Part shown: in pieces, positions 14,116-23,010 of the stretch | Position numbering within the stretch: the first letter of the stretch is position 1 | Layout of the letters: every line of letters starts with the position of its first letter | Source: Actimicrobium sp. CCI2.3 | GTDB lineage: Bacteria > Pseudomonadota > Gammaproteobacteria > Burkholderiales > Burkholderiaceae_D | Direction: 5' to 3' (one strand) | Assembly (NCBI RefSeq): GCF_034313845.1 | Contig: NZ_JAVIWN010000003.1 | Length of the DNA: 24,000 nucleotides | Notes under the pieces: generated by a model | The model's input: the letters and a program-made list of their open reading frames with translations, nothing else | Databases searched by the model: none | What the model was told of the DNA's origin: nothing | Translations under genes and position numbers: made by a program

Positions 14116-14400
14116 ATGTCCACGACGACGATACGATTAACTGAAGAACTGAAATTGCGGGTTGCCAGCGCAGCTGATCGCTCCGGTTCGACGGCGCACA
14201 GTTTTATTCTGCAAGCGATTGCCGAGAAGATTGAGAAGGAGGAATTGCGCAGTACCTTTGATGAAGCCGCTGAGGAACGCTACGCCAACGTGATCGCGTC
14301 AGGTAACACCATATCGTGGACTGACATGCGCTGCTACCTGGAAGAGCGTGTTGCAGGCAGGAAGCCTTCGCGCCCGGTGGCCGGGAAACTGGTCCGATAG
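14116..14400 (+). CDS. Ribbon-helix-helix (CopG/ParD-like) antitoxin
   Basis: SD AGGAG is present upstream. The N-terminus TTIRLTEELKLRVASAADRSGSTAHSFILQAIAEKIE is a classic RHH strand-helix-helix. Its stop lies 2 nt before the toxin start. Confidence 0.8.
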   Translation: MSTTTIRLTEELKLRVASAADRSGSTAHSFILQAIAEKIEKEELRSTFDEAAEERYANVIASGNTISWTDMRCYLEERVAGRKPSRPVAGKLVR

Positions 14401-14402
14401 TC

Positions 14403-14696
14403 ATGTCGCGTATAGAACTGGCACCAGAGGTGGCCGATGACCTAGATCGGATCTTCGATCATCTTTGCGCCCATGAAGTCGAACACGTATCTGAGCGCAT
14501 CGGCGAGATCATCCAGGCCATTGCCGTGCTGGAGTCCAATCCGTTTATCGGACGACCGGCCGAAAACGGAAAACGGGAACTCGTGATCGGACGGTGCACA
14601 CGCGGATACTTGGCTTTGTATCGGTATGTCGTCGAGATCGATACGGTGTTTGTGCTAGCCATCAGAGGGCAGCGAGAGGCCGGTTATAGCGGGTAG
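14403..14696 (+). CDS. RelE/ParE-superfamily type II toxin
   Basis: 97 aa: MSRIELAPEVADDLDRIFDHL...NPFIGRPAENGKRELVIGRCTRGYLALYRYVVEIDTVFVLAIRGQREAGY. This is the ParE/RelE-family fold pattern, tightly coupled to the RHH gene. Confidence 0.8.
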   Translation: MSRIELAPEVADDLDRIFDHLCAHEVEHVSERIGEIIQAIAVLESNPFIGRPAENGKRELVIGRCTRGYLALYRYVVEIDTVFVLAIRGQREAGYSG

Positions 14697-15146
14697 TCCA
14701 TTTCAATGAACGAGATTCCGTACGTGGCAGATATCTCTTCTCGATCAACGAGATGACGTACTTTTGCGCTTTTCACGACGCATTCCCTGATGGCTGGGGA
14801 TTCTGCGTCATTGAATCCAGATTAATAGCACCACTGAACAGCGGAACGCGCACCGAAACAACGTTGCAGGCGGATTAACAAAATCTGTGAGGTTGTGGCG
14901 ATCAATCGTGAGGCGAGAGCCTCAACTGACGTTGCTTAATTAAAAGGCAGTGCCGCGATGCCTTGTCAGAACTGGCCTGCGGAAGTGTTCAGCAGGGTTA
15001 TGCACAATGTTGTTCACAAATTACGGGCATAAGTTTAGGCGTGAGGTGCCATGTCTTATCTTTGACGTGTAGGGAGTGGTTAATCGGCTAAAAAGAGTCA
15101 GTCAGGGGCAAGAGCACACAACATTGTTCGTATCGATGATGGAAGG

Positions 15147-15174
15147 TTGACAGTACGCCGATTCGAGGTATTCT
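15147..15174 (+). promoter_or_regulatory. Candidate sigma70 promoter
   Basis: TTGACA (15147-15152), 16-nt spacer, TATTCT (15169-15174), about 30 nt upstream of ORF 15206. Confidence 0.35.
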
Positions 15175-15205
15175 AAAAACCTATTTAAAGCACCCGTGGA
15201 TTGCC

Positions 15206-15412
15206 ATGAAAGCTCTCAAAAGCGCGCTTGCAAAAGCCATTTTGTCCAGTCCGACCGACAAGGTCAAACTTCGAAGCTACATGGCGGCCATGGGCCGTGC
15301 CAAAAAATCGCCGGATACCTTGTTCGACAACACGAGTCAGGTACTGATCGTGACAAATCAGGACGGCCAATCCATTTCAGTGCGGCCTGTCGTTGTTCCG
15401 AAAGCCGTCTGA
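15206..15412 (+). CDS. Small hypothetical protein (68 aa)
   Basis: Of the overlapping ORFs here, only this one has a protein-like composition (MKALKSALAKAILSSPTDKVKLRSYMAAMGRAKKSPDTLFDN...) and a consensus-like promoter upstream. It has no clear SD and I recognise no family. Confidence 0.3.
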   Translation: MKALKSALAKAILSSPTDKVKLRSYMAAMGRAKKSPDTLFDNTSQVLIVTNQDGQSISVRPVVVPKAV

Positions 15413-15666
15413 TCGAGTCCTTGGTCGATCAAACTGAAGATGGCACATCCGGGGTTGGCCCATCTACCTCTGAGTAACGTTGAGACCTGACGGAGATCGT
15501 TTGAATTTCCTCTCGCCTGATGCCAGCAAACTAGTCAAACAATCACAAACTTCCAGTCATCCAGTTCCGGTTCGCCATCTCATCGATACGCGACCAGCGG
15601 GTTAGCGCCCGATTTTTTCCGAATCCTGTGTGCTCCCCAATCAGCGGCACATCGTTGCCGCAAGCA

Positions 15667-17058
15667 TCAGCGGTAGCTTTGCTGAGAGTGAGCCTCCGCA
15701 GTAGCGTCATTCTTATTCGATTTGGTTGCGTCGCCAGGCTTTGCACCATGGATCGGTTGGCGTTCGGCGCTACGCCTCGAAGTGGGCGACATCTTCTCCT
15801 TGTTGTTCACCGCGACAGGATTCGAAGGATGTGGTGGCGGTGGATTTTTTGCGGCGGGTGGCTTTGGTCGATCGGGTGCAGGCTGTGCGGCGAAAAGTTG
15901 TGGCGACGTGACTGGCTTGCCTGATCCAGGCACTGGGAGAGGATTTGACGACGATTGAGGTTGTGCCATCGAGACAGGTCTCGTATCACCGTATTCGTGT
16001 GAGGCTTTATTATCTGGTGTCAGCGGATGGGGTAGGGCAGCAACTGGTGCGGCTGCTTTGTTGGGCACGACAGGCTGAACGGATGCTGCTGCATGCTCTT
16101 GAGTTGGTGGGTGTTGGTGGACCTGTGCCATTTCCGCATGAACTATTTGTGGTGGTGGCAACGCAGCCGGCGGGTGCCCTGCGACATACGACGGAATTGC
16201 CTTTGCAGAGATTGGTTCGGGGGCCGCAACCCTGACCACCGGCGGCAGCGATGCGGCTAGATGTGCCTGTGCTGGAACGGAAGAATTCACCGCTTGTCCG
16301 CTTGCGGTGGCACTTGCCGGCGCGACGATGGTGACGTTTGTCACGTTTCTGATGTTCGTCACATTGTTCGTGACATTGTTATTGCTGATGGCATTGTTGG
16401 TGACCGAATTATTGTTGTAAGTATTGTTGCTATTGCTGTTGACGTGAATCCGCATCCCTTCATTCACCACTGGCGGCGCGCTGACGACGACCGCAGGTGC
16501 GGTGCCGATCGGCGCCGGAATAATCAATCCCAAACGTGACCCCGGTGGTGCCGGTACAAACACACCCTCTGGTCCGACAGGTCGAAGACCGACCGCCACA
16601 CCCACGGTTACTTGAGCAATAGCGATATTGATATTGGGTGCCGGTGGGACGAATGACACGCCTGGTGCGGCCCAAAATCCATTCACGAACACCACCGAAC
16701 CGTCACGGTTTTCATAATAGGGATTCACCCATCCGTAACCCGGTTGTGGCGGCGCGGCCCAGCGACCGTGTGCCCATACCCAGTTACCCTGCCAGACCCA
16801 GTAGCCGCCCGTCCAGATCGCATCTGGATAGGGCCGATAGGGCACTGTTTCCACCAGCATTGGCGGTGGTGCCCACTGCACGCGAACCGGGGGCGGCTGA
16901 TAAATCGGCGGTTCGACATAGACGCTCACGACCGGTTGTGGTGCCGGTGCCAGATAGACTACCTCTGCGGGTGGACGTACATAAACCCGGGGTGGATAAA
17001 CTGGCGTCGCTGCGCAGCCAGTCAGCAACACAGCGATGGCGAATGAAAGTTTTTTCAC
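15667..17058 (-). CDS. Lipoprotein with WxxGxW-type repeats, Asn-rich insert and Pro-rich tail (463 aa)
   Basis: GTG start with AGGA upstream. The signal peptide plus lipobox is MKKLSFAIAVLLTG|C. Aromatic repeats are GGYWVWQGNWVWAHGRWAAPP...GYGWVNPYY. An N-rich block spans aa 207-242 and the C-terminal half is Pro/Ala/Gln-rich. Confidence 0.8.
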   Translation of the reverse strand: MKKLSFAIAVLLTGCAATPVYPPRVYVRPPAEVVYLAPAPQPVVSVYVEPPIYQPPPVRVQWAPPPMLVETVPYRPYPDAIWTGGYWVWQGNWVWAHGRWAAPPQPGYGWVNPYYENRDGSVVFVNGFWAAPGVSFVPPAPNINIAIAQVTVGVAVGLRPVGPEGVFVPAPPGSRLGLIIPAPIGTAPAVVVSAPPVVNEGMRIHVNSNSNNTYNNNSVTNNAISNNNVTNNVTNIRNVTNVTIVAPASATASGQAVNSSVPAQAHLAASLPPVVRVAAPEPISAKAIPSYVAGHPPAALPPPQIVHAEMAQVHQHPPTQEHAAASVQPVVPNKAAAPVAALPHPLTPDNKASHEYGDTRPVSMAQPQSSSNPLPVPGSGKPVTSPQLFAAQPAPDRPKPPAAKNPPPPHPSNPVAVNNKEKMSPTSRRSAERQPIHGAKPGDATKSNKNDATAEAHSQQSYR

Positions 17059-17240
17059 GGATTGTCCTGAGTGGAAATGTAAAAGCTGTGATCGTTGGAT
17101 TCCTTTCGTTCAACGTGGGACAGAACGCACTTACCTACCAACAATCTGTCAAGTCTGTAAGAAAACGTAAGCAATCATCCGCGGTCGCGGTAGGGACAGT
17201 GAGTGTGGTCAGCTAATTTGATGGTCCAATATTCATGATT

Positions 17241-17386
17241 GTTGGCACCGACGAGTTTTTGAATCAGGGGCCGACATCGACTGACCCACTTGGGACTTTG
17301 GCAAGCCTTGCTGCGTCTACCTCTGCGCCAGTTCGGGTGGGTCAGTGAAAATCGGTCGGGTGGTTCAAAAACTCATCGGCGCCAAC
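17241..17386. repeat. 146-bp long-hairpin (MITE/REP-like) element in a divergent intergenic region
   Basis: The outer arms are GTTGGCACCGACGAGTTTTTGAATCA (17241-17266) and TGGTTCAAAAACTCATCGGCGCCAAC (17361-17386), 23/26 complementary. Inner complementary segments include CTGACCCAC (17281-17289) and GTGGGTCAG (17337-17345). Confidence 0.7.
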
Positions 17387-17568
17387 AGCTGTGTTAAACG
17401 GCATGCTGGCCGCCGCACGCCCAAACTCCGTTCGCAGTCAAAAAATGGCCGCATAATCGGGCAGGGGTTGGGGGACTGTCGCCGTCGACTTTAAAGTGCA
17501 CCAACCGCCAATAGACGTCGGTATGATGCGGATGCCAGCTTTTCAAGCTACTCAATTCAGGAACCGTC

Positions 17569-18240
17569 ATGTCGTTGTATCGCAATCCTGTTGCGCGCCA
17601 GATTCGGGCACGCCCACGTATCTTTATTGCAGCCATGATTGCGCTGATCGTTGGGGCTGCATTGCCCGTGTCGGTTGCTTCCCACCTTGCTACGCGGTTG
17701 TTGATCACTTGGAATACAGGAACTTGTCTGTACGTCGTCCTAGCCGCAGTAATGATGGTCCGATCTTCGCAACGAACCATGTACCGGCGCGCCCTGTTGC
17801 AGGATGACGGCCAGCGCATATTGCTTTTTCTGGTGGTCGTCACGAGCGTGGCCAGTTTGGTGGCCATTGCAATGGAGCTGGCAGTGGTCAAGGACATGCA
17901 TGGGCTCATCAAGAGTGCGCACATTGCGCTCGCCGGCATGACGGTACTGTCGTCGTGGGCGTTCATCCAGGTGATGTTTTCGTTGCATTACGCGCACGAT
18001 TACTATTTAGCACGCCATCGTAATGAGCCGTGTGGTCTACAGTTTCCGGAAGAAGAGCAACCAGGGTATGGCGATTTCTTTTATTTCGCCGCAGTCATCG
18101 GGACTTCCGGTCAAACTGCTGATGTCTCATTCACATCCAAATCGATGCGCCGTATTGGCGCAGTGCACTGCATTCTGGCTTATCTCTTTAACACGGTGGT
18201 GCTGGCGCTATTAATCAATATCGGGGCAAGTCTGTTTTGA
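17569..18240 (+). CDS. DUF1345-family integral membrane protein
   Basis: SD AGGAA is present upstream. It has multiple hydrophobic segments and the conserved C-terminal block GLQFPEEEQPGYGDFFYFAAVIGTSGQTADVSFTSKSMRRIGAVHCILAYLFNTVVLALLINI. Confidence 0.8.
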   Translation: MSLYRNPVARQIRARPRIFIAAMIALIVGAALPVSVASHLATRLLITWNTGTCLYVVLAAVMMVRSSQRTMYRRALLQDDGQRILLFLVVVTSVASLVAIAMELAVVKDMHGLIKSAHIALAGMTVLSSWAFIQVMFSLHYAHDYYLARHRNEPCGLQFPEEEQPGYGDFFYFAAVIGTSGQTADVSFTSKSMRRIGAVHCILAYLFNTVVLALLINIGASLF

Positions 18241-18683
18241 ACGATCTCGAACGTCTCCAATGCTGTTCAACCTCGACAGAACGTTGACCGATTTGATCAG
18301 GGCCTGACGCGGAAGGGTTCTGTCGCGATCCTTTTAAGTTGCCGGTATGATACCTTTGTCGATAAGAACCAACCTTATTGGATTCTGTACAAACTTGTTC
18401 AAGCGAATGGATGCGTCGGCATTGCAGAAATCCATGGCCGTGCTATGGACAGAGAAATCGCTCAAGTCAGAGGACCAAGGCCAGACCAGCGGAAATTTCG
18501 GAAAGTGCCACTCCAAGTGAACCGTAGCGCTATTTAAATCACGTGACCGGCAATGTGACACCATTTCCACTGATTTCAAACGGTCGTTGGCTTGTCACTT
18601 CAACAGTCGATCGAATAACTCTCGGCGCAAACAGTTGATTTTCAAGGCTCTAAAATTTTCTCGGTTTGGGCGCAGAGCCCCTA

Positions 18684-19415
18684 TTAGGTAGTCTTATTGG
18701 TGGAATCGGCGATCACCAGAACGTGGGCTGAAATGATGAACTGAGCAGCACTGTCGATATCGCCCTGCAGCGCAATGCGCGCGGCGTCGCTATCGCGTCG
18801 TCTCAGGGCATCGACCAACTGTGAATGATGACTTACCGCGACCCGTTCGTTAATGCGGGCCGAGCCGGCCCGCAAGTCGTGATTTAAAATCGGACCGATG
18901 CGTACCCAAAGAGCCTTGATCAACTGCAATAACATCGGCATCCGAGATCCTTCATACACCGCGAAGTGAAATTCCTTGTTCAGCGTAATCAGGCGTGCAC
19001 CATTTGGGCTGGCGCTTGCCATTTCCTCGGAAAAATCTTCATTTAATTGCACGATGCGGCGCAGTTCGGCTTCGCTTAGCGATTTAGCTGCGCGTTCGGT
19101 CGCCACCCCTTCGAGATTGATACGAATGCTGGTGATTTCACGAAATTGACTAACTGTCATCGTTGGCACGCGCATCGACCTGTTAGGTGACAGTTCCAGC
19201 GCTTGCTCTGCTACCAGTCGTTGCATTGCTTCCCGTACCGGCATCACGCTGACCCCAAGCGCTGCAGCGACCGTGCGCAACGACAATTGCTCGCCCGGCA
19301 TCATGCGTCCGGTCATCAACAATTCCTTGAACTGTTCATAGACATCAGCACTGATCGTCAGGCGTTTTTTCGGTGGAACTAGTTCAGATAGGGACATGGG
19401 CGGAGTGTATAACAA
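18684..19415 (-). CDS. GntR-family transcriptional regulator (FadR/FCD subfamily)
   Basis: The winged-HTH is ...PGEQLSLRTVAAALGVSVMPVREAMQRLVAEQALE..., followed by an all-helical FCD-like C-terminal domain. The start is either TTG 19415 or ATG 19397 (MSLSELV...); neither has a strong SD. Confidence 0.85.
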   Translation of the reverse strand: MLYTPPMSLSELVPPKKRLTISADVYEQFKELLMTGRMMPGEQLSLRTVAAALGVSVMPVREAMQRLVAEQALELSPNRSMRVPTMTVSQFREITSIRINLEGVATERAAKSLSEAELRRIVQLNEDFSEEMASASPNGARLITLNKEFHFAVYEGSRMPMLLQLIKALWVRIGPILNHDLRAGSARINERVAVSHHSQLVDALRRRDSDAARIALQGDIDSAAQFIISAHVLVIADSTNKTT

Positions 19416-19654
19416 GTGATATTTGTGATTTCAATATTGTGCCGAATTGTGGGCACTAAATACTTGGAATTTACACGCGTCTACGAGAACTATTTCTCAG
19501 GAATAAGAAAAGCTGCCGCCTGGGTGCGTCTTGACATACGAAAAACTGTGGGATATTTTTCATTGACTGTGATCACACATCACACATAACACATCACGAA
19601 TCACACAAGTTACAGTGCTGATTGATATCGATGAACTCATAAAGGAACAAAACG

Positions 19655-20437
19655 ATGAATGTACTGACATCAATGGTACCGCGCTCAGGTTTGCGGGTTT
19701 TGGTAACCGGCGGCGCGTCGGGCATTGGCCTTACGATCTCGCGGGCATTTGTCGAGGCGGGGGCCCGTGTGCACGTGTGTGACGTTGATGCAGGCGCAAT
19801 TGCTGCGCTAGATAGCGTCATCAAAGGGACTCATGCCGATGTGTCTGACCTCGCTGGTGTGAAGCGTGTATTTGAAGACGTGCAAGCCAACTTGGGCGGG
19901 CTTGATGTGCTGATCAACAATGCAGGAATTTCCGGCCCAACTGGTGCCGTCGAAGACATCGACGTCGCGCACTGGGAACAAACCGTCTCGATCAACCTTA
20001 ATAGCCACTTTTATTTCGTGCAACAAGCGGTGCCGTTGCTCCGCGAAGGTATGGACGGTGGCTCCATCGTGTTTATATCGTCGGTTGCCGGGCGACTTGG
20101 GTATGCGTTTCGTACACCGTATTCATCCACCAAATGGGCTTTGGTCGGTTTGGCCAAGAGCCTTGCGATCGAACTCGGTCCAGACAATATTCGTGTCAAC
20201 GCAGTGCAGCCGGGCATCGTCGAGGGGCCGCGCATGGAGCGTGTTATTGCTGCCAGCGCAGCGCAAGCAGGCATCAGCCACGACGAGATGCGGCAGCGTT
20301 ATCTTGAAAAAATCTCACTGCGACGGATGGTGACGCAAGAGGAAGTAGCCGCCAGCGTGTTGTTCCTGTGTTCGCCTGCCGGCAGCGCGATTTCTGGTCA
20401 GGCGATTTCGGTGTGTGGCAACGTCGAAACTTTATGA
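19655..20437 (+). CDS. Short-chain dehydrogenase/reductase (SDR) family oxidoreductase
   Basis: SD AAGGA is present upstream. The cofactor motif is VTGGASGIG, followed by NNAGI and the catalytic S...YSSTKWA (Y-x3-K). Confidence 0.9.
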   Translation: MNVLTSMVPRSGLRVLVTGGASGIGLTISRAFVEAGARVHVCDVDAGAIAALDSVIKGTHADVSDLAGVKRVFEDVQANLGGLDVLINNAGISGPTGAVEDIDVAHWEQTVSINLNSHFYFVQQAVPLLREGMDGGSIVFISSVAGRLGYAFRTPYSSTKWALVGLAKSLAIELGPDNIRVNAVQPGIVEGPRMERVIAASAAQAGISHDEMRQRYLEKISLRRMVTQEEVAASVLFLCSPAGSAISGQAISVCGNVETL

Positions 20438-20522
20438 CTTAAGTTTGTAGCACTATCAAGACCCAATAAGAACGAGCATAGAACTCGTGGTCGGCCTACA
20501 CACCATTGGAGGAGAAACCAAC

Positions 20523-21857
20523 ATGTCAGTTGTAAATGCAGAGCCTTACCGCAGTACGGCACCGGCCACGGCAATCGCCACAGACCAGATGACCCGGCAA
20601 ATCTTTCGCAAGCTGATGCCGCTGTTAGTGATGGCATATGTCATCAGTTTTCTCGATCGTACCAACATTGCATTGGCGAAAACACATATTGAGATCGATC
20701 TAGGCATCTCTGCGGCCGCCTACGGCTTGGGCGCCGGCTTATTTTTTCTGACCTATGCGTTGATGGAAATTCCGAGCAACCTGATCATGCGTAAGGTCGG
20801 CGCCCGATTCTGGATAACGCGCATCATGATTACTTGGGGACTGTTATCGACCGGCATGGCATTCGTGCAGGGCGAGACTTCGTTCTACGTAATGCGCATG
20901 CTGCTCGGTGTCGCCGAGGCTGGGCTGTTTCCTGGCGTGATGCTTTACCTGACTTACTGGTTCGGCCGCGAAGAGCGGGCCCGTGCTACCGGTTATTTTC
21001 TTCTCGGCGTTTGCATCGCCAACGTAATCAGCGGGCCGCTTGGCGGAGCGCTGCTGGAAATGAACGGTCTTTTTGGCTTACACGGCTGGCAATGGCTATT
21101 CATTATTGAAGGTTTGCCGACTTTGGCGCTGGCCTGGGTCGTTTGGAAGAAATTGCCGGATGGCCCGTTATCGGCTCCCTGGCTGTCGACAGCTGACGCG
21201 CAGACGCTCGAAAAGCGATTGGCTCTGGAACGTGCAGAGGAAAACCAGAGTGGTCAGGTCGGGCATTCGTTACGAGAGTGTGTCAAAGATCGCCAGATAT
21301 GGCTTGCCATTTTTGTCTATTTTTGTCATCAGATTGCGATCTATACGGTAATTTTTTTCTTGCCAGGCATCATTGGCACCTACGGCAAACTGACGCCGAT
21401 GGAGATCGGGTTGCTCACTTCAGTGCCATGGATCGCCGCAGCCATCGGCACCGCCACGTTGCCCCGTTTTGCCAGCAATCCGCAGCGCTGTCGTCGCATG
21501 TTGGGTGTCGGTCTAGTCATCATGGCCGGAGGTCTGCTTATCGCCGCATCGTCCGGACCGGTACTGGCGCTGGTCGGATTTTCGCTCACCGCATCGATGT
21601 TCTTCGTGGTCCAGGCCATCATTTTTCTGTACCCATCGTCACGGCTGGCCGGAGCTGGCTTGGCTAGCGGACTGGCTCTGGTCAATACCTGCGGCTTGCT
21701 GGGCGGTTTCCTTGGACCCTCGGCGATGGGTTCGATCGAGCAAGCGACTGGCAGCACGACAAATGGCTTGCTGATCATTGCCACCATGCTAGTACTTGCA
21801 GCGCTGGTAAGCACGCGGCTACGCCAGGGCCAGGAAAAAATCACCAAAGAAATCTGA
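20523..21857 (+). CDS. MFS transporter, anion:cation symporter (ACS)-like
   Basis: The start is moved to ATG 20523 (GGAGGAG upstream). About 12 hydrophobic segments are present, with ACS-type motifs FLDRTNIALA and LGVAEAGLFPG. Confidence 0.85.
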   Translation: MSVVNAEPYRSTAPATAIATDQMTRQIFRKLMPLLVMAYVISFLDRTNIALAKTHIEIDLGISAAAYGLGAGLFFLTYALMEIPSNLIMRKVGARFWITRIMITWGLLSTGMAFVQGETSFYVMRMLLGVAEAGLFPGVMLYLTYWFGREERARATGYFLLGVCIANVISGPLGGALLEMNGLFGLHGWQWLFIIEGLPTLALAWVVWKKLPDGPLSAPWLSTADAQTLEKRLALERAEENQSGQVGHSLRECVKDRQIWLAIFVYFCHQIAIYTVIFFLPGIIGTYGKLTPMEIGLLTSVPWIAAAIGTATLPRFASNPQRCRRMLGVGLVIMAGGLLIAASSGPVLALVGFSLTASMFFVVQAIIFLYPSSRLAGAGLASGLALVNTCGLLGGFLGPSAMGSIEQATGSTTNGLLIIATMLVLAALVSTRLRQGQEKITKEI

Positions 21858-21882
21858 ATTCATCCATATAAAAGGAGACACC

Positions 21883-22812
21883 ATGTCGACCAAAAAAGTC
21901 ATCATCACTTGTGCCGTTACCGGCGCGATCCATACCCCATCGATGTCACCACATTTGCCGGTGACCCCGGATCAGATCGCTGAAGCGGCAATTGGCGCAG
22001 CACGAGCCGGTGCCGCGATCGTCCATCTGCATGCGCGCGATCCCGATACCGGACGTCCGACTCAGGACCCGGAAGTTTTTTCCCGCTTCCTGCCACGCAT
22101 TAAAAGCGAGACCGATGCCATCATCAACATCACGACCGGCGGCAGTCCGCACATGACCGTACAGGAACGTTTGCAACCAGCCTTGAGCTTTCAACCGGAG
22201 CTGGCGTCACTCAACATGGGCTCGATGAATTTCGGGCTGTATCCGATGCTCGATCGCTTCCATGAATTTACTCATCCATGGGAACGCGAACATTTGGAGA
22301 AAAGCCGCGATCTAGTTTTCAAGAACACCTTCAGCGACATCGAATACGTGCTGCGTAATTGTGGGGAAAACGGCACCCGTTTCGAGTTCGAGTGCTATGA
22401 CATTTCACATCTGTACAACTTGGCGCACTTTCTTGACCGGGGACTGGTGCAAACGCCGTTTTTGGTACAAAGCGTGTTCGGATTACTAGGCGGAATAGGC
22501 GCGCACCCTGAGGATTTGATGCACATGAGGCGCACCGCAGACCGGCTGTTCGGTAATGCTTATCACTGGTCAATCTTGGGCGCTGGCCGCAATCAAATAC
22601 CACTTGCAACTATTGGCGCAGCCATGGGAGCAAACGTACGTGTCGGGCTTGAGGATTCACTATGGGACGGTCCGGGCCGCTTGGCCGATAGCAATGCAGC
22701 CCAGGTAGCACGCATTCGCGCAATCCTTGAATCGCTGTCACTGGAGGTGGCAACTCCGGCGGAGGCACGCACGATACTGGCGCTCAAGGGCGGCGATAAA
22801 GTGGCGTTCTAA
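21883..22812 (+). CDS. Beta-keto acid cleavage enzyme (BKACE/DUF849; 3-keto-5-aminohexanoate cleavage enzyme family)
   Basis: SD AAGGAGA is present upstream. The N-terminus KKVIITCAVTGAIHTPSMSPHLPVTPDQIAEAAIGAARAGAAIVHLHARDP is the family hallmark. Confidence 0.85.
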   Translation: MSTKKVIITCAVTGAIHTPSMSPHLPVTPDQIAEAAIGAARAGAAIVHLHARDPDTGRPTQDPEVFSRFLPRIKSETDAIINITTGGSPHMTVQERLQPALSFQPELASLNMGSMNFGLYPMLDRFHEFTHPWEREHLEKSRDLVFKNTFSDIEYVLRNCGENGTRFEFECYDISHLYNLAHFLDRGLVQTPFLVQSVFGLLGGIGAHPEDLMHMRRTADRLFGNAYHWSILGAGRNQIPLATIGAAMGANVRVGLEDSLWDGPGRLADSNAAQVARIRAILESLSLEVATPAEARTILALKGGDKVAF

Positions 22813-22933
22813 GGGTAACGATTTTAAGCGACAACCCCTGGTACGTAAGGATTCGAACGCTTGCGCAGCAAGGTCAAATTTGTGTCATCGTTCCTGATGC
22901 AATTGATGCGGCATCCTTGACTGATCGGCGTAT

Positions 22934-22964
22934 GCTGATTACGTTACTGCGTAACGTAATCAGC
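22934..22964. repeat. Perfect 14-bp inverted repeat with 3-nt spacer
   Basis: GCTGATTACGTTAC-tgc-GTAACGTAATCAGC. No T-run follows on either strand. Confidence 0.9.
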
Positions 22965-23010
22965 ACGCACGAAATAATGTCATCAAGGAGAGCCCACCTA
23001 TAGTCACCAG

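Noticed and set aside
17394-17966. 190-aa ORF on the minus strand
   Set aside because: It is antisense to the DUF1345 gene, which has a conserved family block and a good SD.
18334-18579. 81-aa ORF in the AT-richer gap between the DUF1345 and GntR genes
   Set aside because: It has a TTG start without a convincing SD and no motif I recognise. It could be a gene fragment, but I cannot support a call.
22849-22860. GGATTCGAACG, reminiscent of a tRNA T-arm/T-loop
   Set aside because: The flanking bases do not form a T-stem, acceptor stem or anticodon arm on either strand. I found no tRNA, rRNA or tmRNA anywhere in the window.
22934-22964. The perfect palindrome as an intrinsic terminator of the BKACE operon, or as a LexA box for umuC
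   Set aside because: No U-run follows the hairpin on either strand. The sequence also does not fit CTGT-N8-ACAG.
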